From positions 130,696,001 through 130,760,000 of the forward strand of contig CM068743.1 of assembly GCA_035084275.1 (NCBI GenBank): a stretch of DNA of 64,000 bases. Direction: 5' to 3'. This DNA comes from Hydrolagus colliei (taxonomy: Eukaryota). Shown piece after piece: positions 61,473 through 64,000 of this stretch. Both the position numbers and the translations under genes were made by a program. How positions within the stretch are numbered: the stretch's first letter is position 1; the number at the start of each line of letters is the position of its first letter. The notes under the pieces were generated by a model. The model made no database searches and was not told where the DNA came from. It was given only the letters and a program-made list of their open reading frames with translations.

Positions 61473-64000
61473 ATCCGCTACTAATATGTAATACTGTTAG
61501 CCCCACTCTCCTATTATTCCCCTCCGCCTGCCTGACTGTACTCGCTAGCGCTGAAAACAGCCAGTAAATGCCAGTACTGTCATTGTATCTAGACATAGGA
61601 AAAATTCCAGCTCACCAGACCGGAACTTACCTCCGCCCCCCCCACCCCCCACCAACCCTAATCCGGCCAGACAGCATTGCTGTGCATTTACATTTATGTA
61701 ACACCTTTACTGTTGGTGGATATCCAAAGTGCTTACCCAGCTGTCTGGTGTCTGGTTTGGGAGTAGGGAGGATGGTGACTGAAAGCATGTTTTGCAAACT
61801 AGATCTTAAGGCTTGTTTTGGGCGGGGGAGAGGTAATCCAGACAGACTCGGAGATCCAGAGAACTGAAGCAGAATGGTTGAAAAGCCCATTAAACCTGCT
61901 TCATTTCCCCTACTTTTCTGCCCCACAATCACCTATTGATAGTGGGGTAGGCTCGAGGGGCTGAATGGTCTACTTCTGATCCTATTTCTTATGTTGTTGT
62001 TGCTGGAGGGAACGCCTGAGGCAGTAGGATTGCTGGACGTTACACAGATAGTTTGGGGATGATGAACCCTGCGTAGATTTGAATGTGAAGAAAGGTATTG
62101 TGAATGCAATCAGCTGGGGGATAAATAATAAACCTTACATTCAATATGGTGTCAGGAGCATTACCCAAAGTGCTTCACAGGATACACCGCAAAGTTTAGT
62201 GACTGTATTTTGTAGCACAGAGAGCTAGCGGAGCTGAACGAGGATGGGGCTTGGTGCAGAAGAGGGCATGGGCTGCAGAGTTCAGGATGGTCTGTGGCGC
62301 ATCAGGGTAACATGGGACGCGAGCTGGGTTAGTTAGCCCATTGATGTGATATTGTCACCACATTAATATATTTTACCTTTCCCCTGTTGAGGCTCCGACC
62401 TTAAAAAAATCAGAAAACATGTCAGACAGAGTGGGAGCCCACAGCACATGCTCAGTGAGTCTGTTTATATAGTTCTGGTCTCTGAAAATTCAGCGCCACA
62501 TCCATAACTCGCCAGCCCAGCTGCACATATATCAGGCTGGTTATTACACCTGGTCTACATCTACTCTGTTTGTTTAGTATTTCAATTTGGCAAATTCTAC
62601 ACAGACTTAATTCTGAAGCTGGTTTTCTGTCAATTTTTTTTAGTAAGTTTGCCAAACTCTGCATACTCCAAAATGCTAAGAAAATAGTGGAAATCTATAC
62701 CTACGTGTAATTTCTCCTGAACAAATCTATTTTCCTGAAAGAGCACCAGGGCATGCGATGAAGCTGAAACCAGGCAACTGTAATAAAATCATTGTAACGA
62801 AAGACCTCCAGAGCCTGGTTACCTTGAGGGGGCTGCAGATTGCAGCTGCATCAGGATTGCTTCTCTCTAACCGCGTTAACCATAATAATCCTTGCATTTG
62901 ACGTGATAGTGCCTTATCACGTCTTCAAGACGTCTCAGAGCGCTTCACAGAAAACACCGTAAAATGAATTGGCTGTATACTTTGTGGGTAAAATGTGGCA
63001 GTCTATTGTACACAGCTATGTCCCACTAACAGTCGTGGATTGAGTGACCGAATTATTATGTTCTTTGAGGAGATTATTACCCGCAGAAAAGCGATCCGCC
63101 AATCAACTAACGATTGGGTTCCTACTTACTGCGAGGTAAACAGCGGCGAGGTGAGCATGATAACTTACCTGGGTTTGCTCCCTGCCCGGGAATTGAACCC
63201 GGGGCGAGGGTGCTAACCACCACACCACAGACACCGCAAACTGTGTCATTGTTACATAGACAGAGCCAGAGTCACTCAGAACAGAGAGGACTTTTGTTCT
63301 CAGATTATATGTAGGAGGTGAACTAAAAGCAACAATCAATCACTTGTATGTTTTCCAATTATTATAATTTAATTGTTAAATTGCTAAAAGTAAAAGACTG
63401 TAGGGGGGGTGATTCCGCCTGTGCTAGATTTATTTTATGCAGCATTTTAGAGAGTCTAGAATGCAGCAAATTGTTGAATTCAGTTTTAATGTTGTTTTTC
63501 TGTAGTCCTTAAAAATAAACGTTTGGAAAATGGGATTCGAAGTACGGCCGTGTTTAAGAATCTGTCAAATTCTAAGATTCCAATTCCCATGTGTTGTTTT
63601 TTTCAGTTTTATTCCCCATTAACATGTTTTTCTAACAAGAGCAGGAGATGCTAACAACAGTACCTGAAGCACATTTGCCAGTTCAATCTCTGGCAGCGAG
63701 TCTGATTGTGTTCAGGTTTCAGGTGGTTGGAACAAATTGATTTCAGAGAGGCATAGAGGAAGACTGACAATTACACTGGAAATCTCCCCAGAGGCAGACA
63801 GCAGTGGGACCTTTGCTCAGGTCCACTGGGTAGCAACCCGACTGACGTCAAGTGGGTAATTGTCAAGTTGACATTGTGTAGTTGGACAGTTTGTCTCACA
63901 GCTTTCCTCAAGCTGTACTGCTTGTAAAACAGGGCTGGTGCTGAGGGTGGCAAAAATACGCCTTTACATCTGGTGCCTCTTACATAAGTGATGGTTGATT

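Overview
Vertebrate genomic DNA. The CR1/L2/Deu-SINE/Penelope repeat content suggests a cartilaginous fish, but this is inference. The window holds the last nine coding exons of GALNT1 (polypeptide GalNAc-transferase 1) on the + strand (2277..51592; all eight internal introns GT-AG and frame-consistent), its 3'UTR, and about 11 kb of downstream sequence. The introns are dense in transposable elements. Most notable: (1) four copies of a non-autonomous hAT-type element, each with its own 8-bp TSD, carrying a CpG-rich cassette with ZNF143/THAP11-like, YY1 and NRF1 promoter motifs around a length-variable G-quadruplex-type minisatellite; (2) a ~97% identical 142-bp inverted repeat linking the last intron, next to the 3' splice site, to the 3'UTR, next to a poly(A) signal; (3) a multi-layer, self-nested DNA-transposon cluster at 22-25 kb; (4) an inverted Penelope-like repeat with hammerhead-ribozyme cores; (5) clustered miRNA seed sites after the stop codon. 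All calls were made by eye from the sequence; no database searches were run.
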